A DNA stretch of 64,000 nt from a virus (IMGVR_UViG_3300016667_000797:14374-78373), one strand, 5' to 3'. Numbered from the stretch's first letter, positions 46,959-57,264 are shown. Notes: a model not told the origin generated them from the letters alone. Numbers and translations: made by a program.

Positions 46959-47891
46959 ATGGCAAACAATGAATTTCGCGCAGACACGCCGGATCCCACC
47001 CAGTATTTCGTGGACAAGGGTCCACGGCCGGGTACGATGATTCCGCGCTCCAACGACGAGGGCGTCTCCCTGGGTTTTGATCACAATCAACCGCAGAAGG
47101 TGATTGTCGATCCCGGTATGCCGGATGGCGGATTCGTGCTCGACCTAGGTGCGATGCGGGAAAGCTCGGCATTCAAAAACGCAAGAGTGCGATCAAGCTC
47201 GGACGTGGCATCGTTTTATCGTGAAATAAGTCAAAAGCTGGCAGAAGAGGCTGCGCAGCCAAAAAAGGAGAAACCTGTGAGTGCCCCGTTGAAGCCGTTG
47301 CCGGAAGCGCCTGCCGAGGTCAAAGTCGAATTGACGTCACAGATCAATCAACTGCTGCAAGAGGAAGCGGCCAAGGCCGCAGCAGTCAAGGCCCATTACT
47401 TTGACCAGGCAGGCGGTTTTCCACCACCCCAGATGCCCTCCCCTGCTGAGCTGCTCCTGCGAGCACAGCTGGCGCAGCAAGCGCAGGTCCTCAATTCGCT
47501 GGTCGAGCGAATCAACACCATGCAACCAACCCCGGCAGAAGAACCTCCTGCGGTTGAGCCGTCTAACTTCGCCTCGTTTCAAATTCCGTTTTTTAACGGA
47601 GCCAAGCCTGAGCGACCCCAGTACGAAATCTACTTCGAAATGGCGCGAATGGGTACAATGGCAGCTCGGTATCATGCTGTTGTTGACGGGACCGACTGCG
47701 TCGCCCTGGTTTACGACACGCGGTTTGAAGACGGTTTCCAGTATCTGCCTCCCAACCTAGGTGAAGAGCAGATTACCATCACGGTGCCCAAGCTCAAGCA
47801 GAAGTTTACCTGTTCCTCACTGGGGCTACATTGGTCACTGGGCTGTCTGGATATTGTCATTCTGCTCAAACATGCAGGAGAATCGGTATGA
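46959..47891 (+). CDS. Hypothetical Pro/Ala-rich protein
   Basis: GAAGGAA RBS; 310 aa. Confidence 0.65.
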   Translation: MANNEFRADTPDPTQYFVDKGPRPGTMIPRSNDEGVSLGFDHNQPQKVIVDPGMPDGGFVLDLGAMRESSAFKNARVRSSSDVASFYREISQKLAEEAAQPKKEKPVSAPLKPLPEAPAEVKVELTSQINQLLQEEAAKAAAVKAHYFDQAGGFPPPQMPSPAELLLRAQLAQQAQVLNSLVERINTMQPTPAEEPPAVEPSNFASFQIPFFNGAKPERPQYEIYFEMARMGTMAARYHAVVDGTDCVALVYDTRFEDGFQYLPPNLGEEQITITVPKLKQKFTCSSLGLHWSLGCLDIVILLKHAGESV

Positions 47892-48091
47892 TGGAAAAGA
47901 ACGGCGCAATCAATAGTTGCACACCCGGCGGCTGCAAGAACGGCTGTCAGTCCAAGCAGGCCAGCGACACACCACGGTTGAAGCAGCAGACGCGCTTCCC
48001 GATGGATGACGAGCAGGCTAATCGGATCGACAACGATCTGACGAAGCAGGCGGCCGAGATTGTGCGCGACGCCACCAAAACCAGCCGGTAA
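47888..48091 (+). CDS. Small hypothetical protein
   Basis: ATGA overlap; CTPGGCKNGC. Confidence 0.45.
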   Translation: MMEKNGAINSCTPGGCKNGCQSKQASDTPRLKQQTRFPMDDEQANRIDNDLTKQAAEIVRDATKTSR

Positions 48092-48118
48092 GACTGTCCG
48101 AATCACGGAGGATCCTCG

Positions 48119-51025
48119 ATGTCGCTTTACGGCTCCAGTAGCCCCTTTTTCAACCGTGGCGCCGCTTCGGCCTCAAGCGATGTCGGTTTCGCCGATCCGT
48201 TCAATGACATCGCCACAACCCAGATGCCCACCACGATGCGTTCGGCGTTGTGGTGGTCTGAGTATATCTGGATGGTGCAAGGCACCTACCGGATGGCGAT
48301 GGAACGTATCGTCAGTTACTTCCTCACCGACATCGAGCTGGGCGGCGACACCAGCGATGACGAGAAGAAAAAGTACAAGGATTACCTCGACAACCAGCTG
48401 CACGCCACCAGCTTTCTAGGCCTGTTGCTGCGCGACCGCATGTGTTTTCACGGCGACGTGAAGACCACCACAAGGAACGGGGTGTTCAAACTTCGTGACC
48501 TGGTTGGGCAGACTGTCGATGTCCTGTCTCGCGACGGCGTGTATCGTCCCGCGACGTTCAAATCTTTTGGCCGCCAGGAGCTGCTGGAAGTTGAATTTTC
48601 GGACGGCCGCACCGTACTGGCCACGCCAGATCACGAGTGGGTTGTGTTGAACTGCTCCAACAAGGAAGTCGTTGTGCCGACCAGCGAGTTGCGCACCGGC
48701 TACAAGATTCGCAGGACCGTGGCACCGCGTCCGGAACGCAACGAAGATTACTTCGAAGGTATTCGACACGGTTTCACGTTCGGCGACGGTTACCTGCATG
48801 AACGCGTGCCATCCCGGCCTGGCGGTGCGGAGCGCCCGGCTGTTGCCTGTGCCTGCTTCTTCGGAGACAAGGACGCTGAAATGCTGTCCTACTTTGAAGG
48901 GCACGGTTACAGGCCGTATAAGAAGGCAGAACAGAACTGTACGGTCATTGACGGCCTGCCTGCCCACTACAAGCAGCTGCCGGACAATGCTGCCAGTGCA
49001 AGCTACTGGTATGGCTTCGTGTGCGGCTTCCTGGCTGCGGACGGCACTGTGGATACCTATGGCTGCTCTGTGCTGACACAGATCTCCAAGGCGACGCTGG
49101 AGGCCGTTGAAGCGCAGTTGCCGCGTATTGGCATGTGCGCTGGTCCGATTCGAGCACAACAGCGAATCACGGACCTAAGCAAGTACAACAAAAATTACCG
49201 GTCAAATTCCGGAATTTACGACACCACAATCCACTACATGACACTGCTGAAGCAGTTCATGCAGCCGGAAGACATTCTCCTGAGCAAGCACCGGGAGAAG
49301 TTTGAAGAGAACTGGAACCCGGACAGCAAGTACGGGCAGTATGTCGGGATTCGCGGCGTAACCGAAACCGGAATCGTCGACGAAGTCTTCTGCTGTCAGG
49401 AAATGGAGACGCACACATTCGTTGTGGATCAGGCGATCCTGACGAAAAACTGCTACGGTAACGGCTTTGCCAGCGTGATGGTACCGTTCCGGCGCTATTT
49501 GCAATGCCCCAAGACCGGCGCCATGTATCCGCTCAAGGTCGTCTACCACAACTTCAACTTTGAGTTCAACTCGGAGTTCGAGTTTGTGGCCACCTGCCCC
49601 CAGACCGGCTGGCGTGGTCCTTGGCAGGTGATTGACAAGCCGCGTGAAGAGGCCGATCACCTGATCCTGAAGCGGTGGAATCCGCACGAGATGGAGCTGC
49701 TGCACGATCCGTACACGGACGAAGTGGCCTACCTCTGGCGGATTCCGGAGTATTACAAGCGGATGGTGCGCGAGGGTAACCTCTTCCACCTGGAGCGAGC
49801 CAGCAAGCAGGTGCTTGAGGCGGTCAAACACAACAAGCTCTTCCGCTTCAACTCTGACGCGATCTTCCATATGAAAGAACCAACCCTGGCGGGCATCCGC
49901 AACATGGGTTGGGGTATTCCCCGCAGTCTGGTCAACTATCGTCAGATCTGGTATGTCCAGGTGCTGCGTCGGTACAACGAGGCGATCGCGCTCGACTACG
50001 TGATTCCGTTCCGTCTGATCACACCGGAAAGCCGCAACGGTACGGCTGCGGGCGGCATTTCGACCCAGGATCCGATGTCGATCTACTCGATGGGTGACTT
50101 CCGCTCTCAGGTGCGGAACATGATCAATCGCCGTCGACGCGACCCGGCCAGCTGGCAGATGCTGCCGTTCCCTGTGAACTATCAGGTCCTGGGCGGCGAC
50201 GCCAAGCAGCTGGCACCGACCGAACTGATTCAGCAAGGCTTCGAGACATTGCTCAACGAGGCCGGAACGCCGGTCGACTTCTACAACGGCAGCTTGAACG
50301 TCCAGGCCGCTCCGGTGGCCTTGCGTCTGTTTGAGAGTACACACCGCCCGCTGGTGACCGATGCCAACGAGTTTGTGCAGTGGATGTGCATGACAATCAG
50401 CCGCATCATGAGCTGGGAGCCGGTCCAGTCTTCGCTCAAGCGGGTCACAATTGCCGACGACGTCCAAAAGCAGATGTCGGCCCTGCAACTCATGATGGGT
50501 CAGCAGCTCTCGGGCACTTCGGGCCTGGCTGCCATCGGCTACGACTGGGAAACCGAACAGAAGCGGATCGCCGACGAGGCGCGCAAGCAGCAAGAAATGC
50601 AGGCACGCAACCAGGAGCTCATGGAACAATCCGGATTTGCGGCTCAAGTCGCCAAGGGTGTCAACCCAATGGCACCACAAGGCGGCCAGCCAGCACAAGG
50701 CGGTCAACCTGCCCAAGGTGGTGGCGATCCGGCTCAGGGCGGCGGTCAGGCGCCCGGCGGGGCTTCGATGTCGCCGGTCTCCGACTACATCCAGAGCATG
50801 GGACCGAATTCGTCGGTCACGCCCAACGACCTACAAGCCGCAGGTGCTCAACTGGCCAGCGAATTGCTGGGGCTGCCGGAGTCGATCAAGGACTCCCAGC
50901 TTCGTCAGCTGCGCCAGTGGAACCCGACGCTGCACTCGATCACACGTTCCAAGATGGACGAGATCCGGCAGCAGGCCCGCACGCAAGGCGGTGCCATGAT
51001 GATGCAGCAGCAATACGGAGGCTGA
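48119..51025 (+). CDS. Probable portal protein containing an intein
   Basis: GGAGG RBS; extein joins as RDRM/CYGNGF, resembling the portal YGNAF motif; spliced length about 632 aa; C-terminal QGGQPA repeats. Confidence 0.55.
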   Translation: MSLYGSSSPFFNRGAASASSDVGFADPFNDIATTQMPTTMRSALWWSEYIWMVQGTYRMAMERIVSYFLTDIELGGDTSDDEKKKYKDYLDNQLHATSFLGLLLRDRMCFHGDVKTTTRNGVFKLRDLVGQTVDVLSRDGVYRPATFKSFGRQELLEVEFSDGRTVLATPDHEWVVLNCSNKEVVVPTSELRTGYKIRRTVAPRPERNEDYFEGIRHGFTFGDGYLHERVPSRPGGAERPAVACACFFGDKDAEMLSYFEGHGYRPYKKAEQNCTVIDGLPAHYKQLPDNAASASYWYGFVCGFLAADGTVDTYGCSVLTQISKATLEAVEAQLPRIGMCAGPIRAQQRITDLSKYNKNYRSNSGIYDTTIHYMTLLKQFMQPEDILLSKHREKFEENWNPDSKYGQYVGIRGVTETGIVDEVFCCQEMETHTFVVDQAILTKNCYGNGFASVMVPFRRYLQCPKTGAMYPLKVVYHNFNFEFNSEFEFVATCPQTGWRGPWQVIDKPREEADHLILKRWNPHEMELLHDPYTDEVAYLWRIPEYYKRMVREGNLFHLERASKQVLEAVKHNKLFRFNSDAIFHMKEPTLAGIRNMGWGIPRSLVNYRQIWYVQVLRRYNEAIALDYVIPFRLITPESRNGTAAGGISTQDPMSIYSMGDFRSQVRNMINRRRRDPASWQMLPFPVNYQVLGGDAKQLAPTELIQQGFETLLNEAGTPVDFYNGSLNVQAAPVALRLFESTHRPLVTDANEFVQWMCMTISRIMSWEPVQSSLKRVTIADDVQKQMSALQLMMGQQLSGTSGLAAIGYDWETEQKRIADEARKQQEMQARNQELMEQSGFAAQVAKGVNPMAPQGGQPAQGGQPAQGGGDPAQGGGQAPGGASMSPVSDYIQSMGPNSSVTPNDLQAAGAQLASELLGLPESIKDSQLRQLRQWNPTLHSITRSKMDEIRQQARTQGGAMMMQQQYGG
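48443..49450 (+). mobile_element. Intein (336 aa) with LAGLIDADG homing endonuclease
   Basis: Starts CFHGD (block A), ATPDHEW (block B), LAGLIDADG-like GFTFGDG and GFLAADG, ends HTFVVDQAILTKN followed by Cys+1. Confidence 0.9.
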
Positions 51026-51026
51026 T

Positions 51027-51827
51027 ATGGCGGCGAAGATCGGTTTCATCTGCCCGACGTATGACGCGATCGTCCTGGACGGTTACACGCGCAAGGCGTT
51101 GTCGTCGTTCTTCGCCAACACTCCAGACGGCGTAGCCATCGTGGTTGACGATGGCTCGACGGACTGGAACGACGACTACGAGCAGTCGTTGCGGGATCTG
51201 GCGGCGAAATATCACGACGCCAGCATCCACATCCATCACTTTGCAGGCAACGGCGGTTTGACGCGAAGCTGGAACAAGGGCCTGGCGATCGCGGATGAGC
51301 TGGGCCTGGACTACGCCATCGCAGGCAACAATGACATTGTCTTTTCTACCCATTACTATCCGCCGCTGCTGCAAGTGCTGGAGCGGGGTTATGCCCTGGT
51401 TGGACCGCTCTCGAATGCTCCCGGTATTACGGCCAAGGGTCGGCAGGAGATTGATCGACACTTTCCCGACTACGAGTTGAGTGACGATGACCTTTACGTC
51501 AACACGGTTTCGGTAAAACTACAGCAGAAGTTCGGCACCACAGCGTTGGAGAGTCCGATCAACGGATTCTTCCAAATGGCCAAAATGGAGAGCTGGCGGG
51601 CTGGTAAATACGACGAAACATATTATTATCGTCCCGTGAACACGCACACATCACGCGGCCAACGTAATCCGACGCCGCTGATGACGCTCAATGAGGATGA
51701 GCTGCAAGAGCGCTGGCGAGCCAAAGGCATGAAAGCCGCCATCGCACTGGGCAGCTTTATCTTCCACTACCGAGCCGTGTCGCGTGGTGACCGCTATAAA
51801 CGAGGCAAGTGGTACAGGCAAACATGA
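51027..51827 (+). CDS. Glycosyltransferase family 2-like
   Basis: FICPTY, VVDDGS, GLTRSWNKG, GNNDIVF, FIFHY. Confidence 0.8.
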   Translation: MAAKIGFICPTYDAIVLDGYTRKALSSFFANTPDGVAIVVDDGSTDWNDDYEQSLRDLAAKYHDASIHIHHFAGNGGLTRSWNKGLAIADELGLDYAIAGNNDIVFSTHYYPPLLQVLERGYALVGPLSNAPGITAKGRQEIDRHFPDYELSDDDLYVNTVSVKLQQKFGTTALESPINGFFQMAKMESWRAGKYDETYYYRPVNTHTSRGQRNPTPLMTLNEDELQERWRAKGMKAAIALGSFIFHYRAVSRGDRYKRGKWYRQT

Positions 51828-52546
51828 GTACGGTATTGGTCTACAGCTGCGTCACGGGTGATTACGACAAAGTCCACAACTCGCTGCTCGCGTCGATAGG
51901 CCAAGCTGAAGAGGATGTTCGCTACGTGCTCTATACCGACCAAGTCGTCAATCCTGACGGCTCGAGTCGGTTTCGTCATTCCAGCTCCAACATCCAGTGG
52001 GAAATCAAGCCGCTGGTTTGGCAGCACCCGTTCTGTAACCGCCGCACGGCCCGCTGGCACAAGATCAACAGTCACCTGCTGCCGGACAAGGCCGACATCA
52101 CGATCTGGCTGGACGGCTCACAGCGGTTGAAGGATGTCGGCATCCGTGACCATGTGCTGGATGTGCTGCCCAAGTATTTCGGACTGGCTACGTTTCGCCA
52201 TCCGCAACGTGTTTGTGCCTACCAGGAGCTGGATGCCTGTATTCAGCTCAAGAAAGACAACGTGGCTTTGATGCAGCGACAGATTTCCAACTACAGGGCC
52301 GAGGGTTATCCACCCTATAACGGCCTGGTTGAGACTGCCTGCGTAGTACGGCAATCCATAAGCGCGGGCTCAACACGCGCAGCTACGGCGTTCAACCAGC
52401 TCTGGTGGGATCAGGTCAACACCCACAGCTACCGGGATCAACTTAGTTTCAACTATGTTGCCTGGCGGCTGAAGCAGCGCTACTCCGTCATCCCCGGATG
52501 CCGCGCAAAATCCGGATTTTGCGATTTTGTGCCTCATGCATCCTGA
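51824..52546 (+). CDS. DUF616 (TOD1/MUCI70-like) glycosyltransferase
   Basis: VYSCVTGDYD, IWLDGS, RHPQRVCAYQELDAC, RDQLSFNYVAW. Confidence 0.75.
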   Translation: MSTVLVYSCVTGDYDKVHNSLLASIGQAEEDVRYVLYTDQVVNPDGSSRFRHSSSNIQWEIKPLVWQHPFCNRRTARWHKINSHLLPDKADITIWLDGSQRLKDVGIRDHVLDVLPKYFGLATFRHPQRVCAYQELDACIQLKKDNVALMQRQISNYRAEGYPPYNGLVETACVVRQSISAGSTRAATAFNQLWWDQVNTHSYRDQLSFNYVAWRLKQRYSVIPGCRAKSGFCDFVPHAS

Positions 52547-52563
52547 GATCTGGAGATCGAGCA

Positions 52564-53634
52564 ATGCTCAAAGTAGGCATTTACGTCGATTACGTGCGAG
52601 GTGAGACTGCGCTGGCGGCAACCATGCTGGCCGACTGGCTGACCCGGCTCGGCTTCGGCGTGGTGCTGATGTCGGATGGCGTGGTCCAGCGTGGCATTCA
52701 CCCGTACTGGGATAATCACGTGCGCCGGGCCTTGAAGCGGAATGATGTCTGTGCCTGGGCTTATGGCTGCACGCACATTTGTTGGTTCACGCCCAGTCTG
52801 TTTGCCATGGAAGCCGCCTACGTGGTAGCACCGGACAGCGTCAAACGAAAGATGCGGCACTTCTACTTCCCCAGCTGGGGCAGCTGGATGCAGCTGGACG
52901 AAGAGTTTCTGATGCTGGTGGATCGAGTCATCTGCCTGTCTCGTGATATGGCCAGCTGGCTCGATCACAAGTATCCGACGCTGGCCGTGCCTCGCACGCA
53001 CCACTTGCTCGCGTCACCCACGCAAGTCACCCAGGGTCGATATGGTCGGACGCAGCGGGACAGTACGAGCCTGCTGGTCGTCCTACCCCGCACAATTGAC
53101 ATCGACCTCGACATTGATTTCCTGGAGATCTTCAGCGAGCTGATGGACTGGCATCCGCATCTGTATGTCAGCTTCCTGCCGGAACGCTCCATGCTCAAGG
53201 ATTATCGCAGGCACATGCAGCGAACAATCATACGGTTTCAGCATCGTGCCCAGCTTTTGCCAGTGTCCAACTATAGTGACTATGCGCGCATCGCCCGTGA
53301 GCACGACTGGGTCTATCTGGCCAGCACGCGACACAAGTACGGGTCATTGCTGGCTTCACTGCTGCCGGGCACTTCGCCCGTGATTACATCCAATCTGCCG
53401 CCAGCTCCGCGGTATATCTCGGACACGACCAGCGGCCTGCTGGTAGGCTGCGATACGATTGAGCATCCGTATCCGATTGCCGAGGTAGACAAGTCAGCGA
53501 CTCACTCTATACTGGACAAGCTCTTCATGGCACCGGAGACGACGTTACGGGGTATGCAGGCGGTCGCCCTGTCGTCGTTTCAACGCAAACAGCGCCTGTT
53601 CTCCGAGTTTCTGCATCAAGAATTCATGGCATGA
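52564..53634 (+). CDS. Possible GT-B glycosyltransferase-like protein
   Basis: Located in the GT cluster; AREHDWVYLAS...SPVITSNLP resembles the GT-B C-terminal region. Confidence 0.4.
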   Translation: MLKVGIYVDYVRGETALAATMLADWLTRLGFGVVLMSDGVVQRGIHPYWDNHVRRALKRNDVCAWAYGCTHICWFTPSLFAMEAAYVVAPDSVKRKMRHFYFPSWGSWMQLDEEFLMLVDRVICLSRDMASWLDHKYPTLAVPRTHHLLASPTQVTQGRYGRTQRDSTSLLVVLPRTIDIDLDIDFLEIFSELMDWHPHLYVSFLPERSMLKDYRRHMQRTIIRFQHRAQLLPVSNYSDYARIAREHDWVYLASTRHKYGSLLASLLPGTSPVITSNLPPAPRYISDTTSGLLVGCDTIEHPYPIAEVDKSATHSILDKLFMAPETTLRGMQAVALSSFQRKQRLFSEFLHQEFMA

Positions 53635-54242
53635 CGCACCATCCATACAACATCCTCGTCGCAGGGACGCCCGGGGCATACACCTATATCGTGGCCAGGC
53701 ATCTCGCGCGCAGGGGATGGTCGGTGCTTTGGCCGGGCCAGGAACGGGAGATCGAGCCCGTTCACTTTGCGTTCCAGCAAAGCGCGCAAAACTACGAAGC
53801 GCAGCGGATCCACGAACGGATCTGCGCCAACGCCGAGGCAAACATCCTGTCGGATGCACTGCCCACCTACTACGACATGCCGTATCCTGGACCGCAGGAG
53901 TTCATCCAGCAGTTCGGGAAAGCCAACGAGGTTGTCATTTCGGCGCCTTCAATCTCCCCCTTTCTTGACATCTGGCTGCCGACGGCGGACATCGTCATCG
54001 ACATCCAGGCGACCGAGGAGGAAGACCTGCGCGTCTTGGCGCAGTGGACCCAAAAATCGTTTCCTGAGAACTACCTCAGGGCGATTCGCCGTTGTTACCT
54101 GGAGCGGTACAATAGGCACTTGAAGCTCTTTCCCCGTGTAATCACCTTGGCGAACGCGGATGTCGCCCTGGAATTGCTGGATCCGGTTACCGCGCTTGCG
54201 GACGAGGCCAAAAACCCATGGACAATCTTGAAGATCGACTGA
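53631..54242 (+). CDS. Hypothetical protein, weak sulfotransferase/P-loop-like N-terminus
   Basis: ILVAGTPGAYTYIVARHL. Confidence 0.35.
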   Translation: MTHHPYNILVAGTPGAYTYIVARHLARRGWSVLWPGQEREIEPVHFAFQQSAQNYEAQRIHERICANAEANILSDALPTYYDMPYPGPQEFIQQFGKANEVVISAPSISPFLDIWLPTADIVIDIQATEEEDLRVLAQWTQKSFPENYLRAIRRCYLERYNRHLKLFPRVITLANADVALELLDPVTALADEAKNPWTILKID

Positions 54243-55615
54243 ATGCATCCTTGAGTCAGGCGACAGGCTCATTCAAGCCTGCACTCGCCCCATCAATCGA
54301 CGCACCCAATATGCCTACGGCTCCGGACTCGATCACACCGGTGGCACCCAAGAAGAAGATAATCAAGCCCAGCGGTCCGCTCGAGCTGGCCCCAGGTAGC
54401 TCTCCGGCGCTGCCGATTGCACCGCCACCGCCCCAGCAGACAGTCGCTCCTGTGCAAGTGGCCCCTGGCGTCGTCCCGATCGGAAATGTCGCCGCCACGC
54501 TCGCTCCCTCAGCCCATCGTCAAGCCATGACCCAAGTCGTGGTCAACGATACTTTTCCCTATGACGTGGCGTTCAACATGGCCTTCTTAGGCTCAGGTCA
54601 AGGCGGCGCCCGCCTTGCGTCGAGCTTCTATGGCCTGGGTTACCGTCGGATCGGCCTGTTCAACACGGCCGAGAGCGACTTCCAGGGTCTGCCTGACGAG
54701 ATCCAGCGACACACGCTGCAGCTGGGTGGTGCAGCGAAAGATGCTCGATTTGCGGAACAAGCCATCAACGGCCACGAAGAAGAGATCTGGGACCTGCTTC
54801 AACGCAGCTGGGGCAACGACATGGACTACGGTCTGGTGTGCGTTGGCCTGGGTGGCGGTACAGGCTCGGGCACGAGTGGTCGCCTGGTGCAGATCGCTCG
54901 TGAGTACATGCAGTCCAAGGGTAAGCCACCCCGTGTGGGCGTGATCGCGTCGATCCCGAGTCCGAACGAAGGGCAGCAAGTCTGCCGCAACGCCGTCACG
55001 GCGTTCCAGCGATTGCTCGAACTCAAGGTCAGCCCGCTGATCCTGATTGACAACGCGAGGATCAATGCCCTGTATCGTCCAGGCATGACGCAGCTCTACC
55101 CGGTGGCCAACAACACCGTGAGCCAACTCTTCCACCTGTTCAACCAGCTTGCTGCGGTACATAGCCCGCTCATCACGTTTGACCGGAGTGAACTGGCGCA
55201 GCTCCTGGACAACGGCATCTGTGTCATGGGCGCGGCGAGCATCAACAACGTCACCAGCCCAGCGGATATTTCAGCCGCGATCAGGGACCAGCTCACCAAC
55301 AATGTCCTGGCTGAGGTCGATCTCACGCAGGGCACCAAGGGCGCGTGCTTGTTCGTGGGTGACCAGAACCACCTGGACAACCTGAGCCTCGACTTCTTCG
55401 AAGCGGGCTTCACGCAGATGAACCGGACGCTCAAGGGTGGCACATCTGTGGTGCACCGTGGTGTCTACATTGGCGCGGCACCGGGCCTGCAAGCCTATGC
55501 CATGATCAGTGACCTGAAGCCACCGGTAGCGACCCTGGCGAAGCTGGCCAAGGAGGCCAACATCACCAAGGCGCAGCTGGGGGGACTGGCGCAGTTTTTG
55601 GGTGTGAATGACTGA
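54218..55615 (+). CDS. Tubulin/FtsZ-family GTPase (PhuZ/TubZ-like) with Pro-rich N-terminal extension
   Basis: FLGSGQGGARLA (GQxG), FNTA, GLGGGTGSG tubulin signature, IDNA, TFDRSEL T7-loop equivalent. Confidence 0.88.
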   Translation: MDNLEDRLNASLSQATGSFKPALAPSIDAPNMPTAPDSITPVAPKKKIIKPSGPLELAPGSSPALPIAPPPPQQTVAPVQVAPGVVPIGNVAATLAPSAHRQAMTQVVVNDTFPYDVAFNMAFLGSGQGGARLASSFYGLGYRRIGLFNTAESDFQGLPDEIQRHTLQLGGAAKDARFAEQAINGHEEEIWDLLQRSWGNDMDYGLVCVGLGGGTGSGTSGRLVQIAREYMQSKGKPPRVGVIASIPSPNEGQQVCRNAVTAFQRLLELKVSPLILIDNARINALYRPGMTQLYPVANNTVSQLFHLFNQLAAVHSPLITFDRSELAQLLDNGICVMGAASINNVTSPADISAAIRDQLTNNVLAEVDLTQGTKGACLFVGDQNHLDNLSLDFFEAGFTQMNRTLKGGTSVVHRGVYIGAAPGLQAYAMISDLKPPVATLAKLAKEANITKAQLGGLAQFLGVND

Positions 55616-55656
55616 CTCGATTTTTCAAGCACTTTCATCTTTCCCTGGAGGAAGCC

Positions 55657-55968
55657 ATGAATGACATCACGGAATACGGTCGATCGGGTGAACTCAGTGA
55701 CCTGATCACGTATCTGGAAGCCAACTATCGTCGGGAGCGCGGGCTTTTGCCCACTGATATGCTGCTCGATGATGACTTCGTATCCTGGGCCAAGCAGCAT
55801 CTGTCTGACAACAGGCCCAACGAAGTCTTCGCGGTGGATAACAACTACGGCATCTTGTTGACCAATGGTCAGCGGATTAAACTCTCGCCTGATCCGCAAG
55901 GCTATGTGCCGTCCAACGGCGACATGGCCAACCCGGATTCGTCGATCTCGATCATGCAGACCCGCTGA
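55657..55968 (+). CDS. Hypothetical protein
   Basis: GGAGG RBS. Confidence 0.6.
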   Translation: MNDITEYGRSGELSDLITYLEANYRRERGLLPTDMLLDDDFVSWAKQHLSDNRPNEVFAVDNNYGILLTNGQRIKLSPDPQGYVPSNGDMANPDSSISIMQTR

Positions 55969-55976
55969 GGTAATAC

Positions 55977-56681
55977 GTGAGCAATCCACTCTTCATCGGC
56001 CTTGTCACCTACGTCATCCAGCTCACCACCACGGCCAGCTTCGACGAGTTCGAAGAAGCCATGATGGAGTGCCTGGATGACCTCAAGTCCGTTGAAGAGC
56101 TGGAAGACGTCGCCTGGTGGGAAGACTTGCAGGAACACTGGGAAAAGCATTGGCCCAAATCACAGATCAACGAAGTCTTTGATTCGTTCAAGCAGTACGT
56201 TACCTACCTGTCGATCGAGGATCTCTGTATCCTCGCCTCACTGCTGCGCAACACCATCATGCTGGAGAGCCTCTCGGATCTCACGTATCCGGTGCAGTCA
56301 TTGAGAGCCGTCTATCACATCAAGTGGGAAGATGGCAGCCAGGTCGAATGCGCAGGCAAGCATACCGCACGACGTGGACTGGATCAGACGGGCATAGGGG
56401 AACTGACCGATGCTTACGAGCAGAGCTTCATTGACATGATCGTCGATCCAGGACTCGATACGCTTCATGACCAGGCCGCTGTGGGCTACGACATGGCTAA
56501 GTTTGACGAGCTCACGCAGCTGATGCGTGTGTACGTCAATCAGAAGCCAGCTGGGGAGCGGGACGAGTATACGAGGCTGATCGACCGGTTTGTGCACATC
56601 TACAAGCCTGAGCCGGTGACACTGGCCAACGAAAACAACAAGCGCACACTGAAATGGCTGGAAGGGAAGGGCGGGTTTTGA
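55977..56681 (+). CDS. Hypothetical protein
   Basis: GAGGT RBS, GTG start. Confidence 0.65.
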   Translation: MSNPLFIGLVTYVIQLTTTASFDEFEEAMMECLDDLKSVEELEDVAWWEDLQEHWEKHWPKSQINEVFDSFKQYVTYLSIEDLCILASLLRNTIMLESLSDLTYPVQSLRAVYHIKWEDGSQVECAGKHTARRGLDQTGIGELTDAYEQSFIDMIVDPGLDTLHDQAAVGYDMAKFDELTQLMRVYVNQKPAGERDEYTRLIDRFVHIYKPEPVTLANENNKRTLKWLEGKGGF

Positions 56682-57262
56682 GTGACTTCGAATATGACTA
56701 CTGGGGTGACTGTACCAACACGTTCGATGAAGAGCGCAAGCACTATATATATGCACAGTGTATGGGCCTGACAGCGGGTTCAGTGAACCGTGGACTCGCG
56801 ATTCACAACCACACGATTCTGCTTTCTGGCAAGCGTATCCTGGATGTTGGCGGTGGTCCTGTGTCCATGTTGTTGAAGTGTTCAGGGCTACAGGAAGGGC
56901 TGGTCTGGGATCCGCTGGAATACCCGGACTGGACTGTCGATCGCTACCGAACCAAGCACATCCACGTCGTGCGCAAACCGGCCGAAGAGCTGGACGAGAC
57001 GGGTTGGGATGAAGTCTGGATGTACAATTGCCTGCAACATACCGAAGACCCGGCCAAGGTCATCGCCAACTGCATGAAGGCGGGCAAAGTCTTCCGCATC
57101 TTCGAGTGGATCGACATCCCGCCGCATGACGGTCACCCGCAGATGCTGACCCGGCCGCTGCTGGACAAGTGGATTGGTCAGGAAGGCAAAATCGGCCTGT
57201 TTGACAATGTCATGGGCTGCACGGGTCGGGCTTATTTTGGTGCGTTTGTAACAGGAAACTGA
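56678..57262 (+). CDS. Class I SAM-dependent methyltransferase
   Basis: RILDVGGGP, WDP, DEVWMYNCLQHTEDP. Confidence 0.75.
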   Translation: MSDFEYDYWGDCTNTFDEERKHYIYAQCMGLTAGSVNRGLAIHNHTILLSGKRILDVGGGPVSMLLKCSGLQEGLVWDPLEYPDWTVDRYRTKHIHVVRKPAEELDETGWDEVWMYNCLQHTEDPAKVIANCMKAGKVFRIFEWIDIPPHDGHPQMLTRPLLDKWIGQEGKIGLFDNVMGCTGRAYFGAFVTGN

Positions 57263-57264
57263 TC

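Noticed and set aside
50689-50760. QGGQPA-type repeats as a separate element
   Set aside because: In-frame low-complexity linker in the portal-like protein C-terminus.
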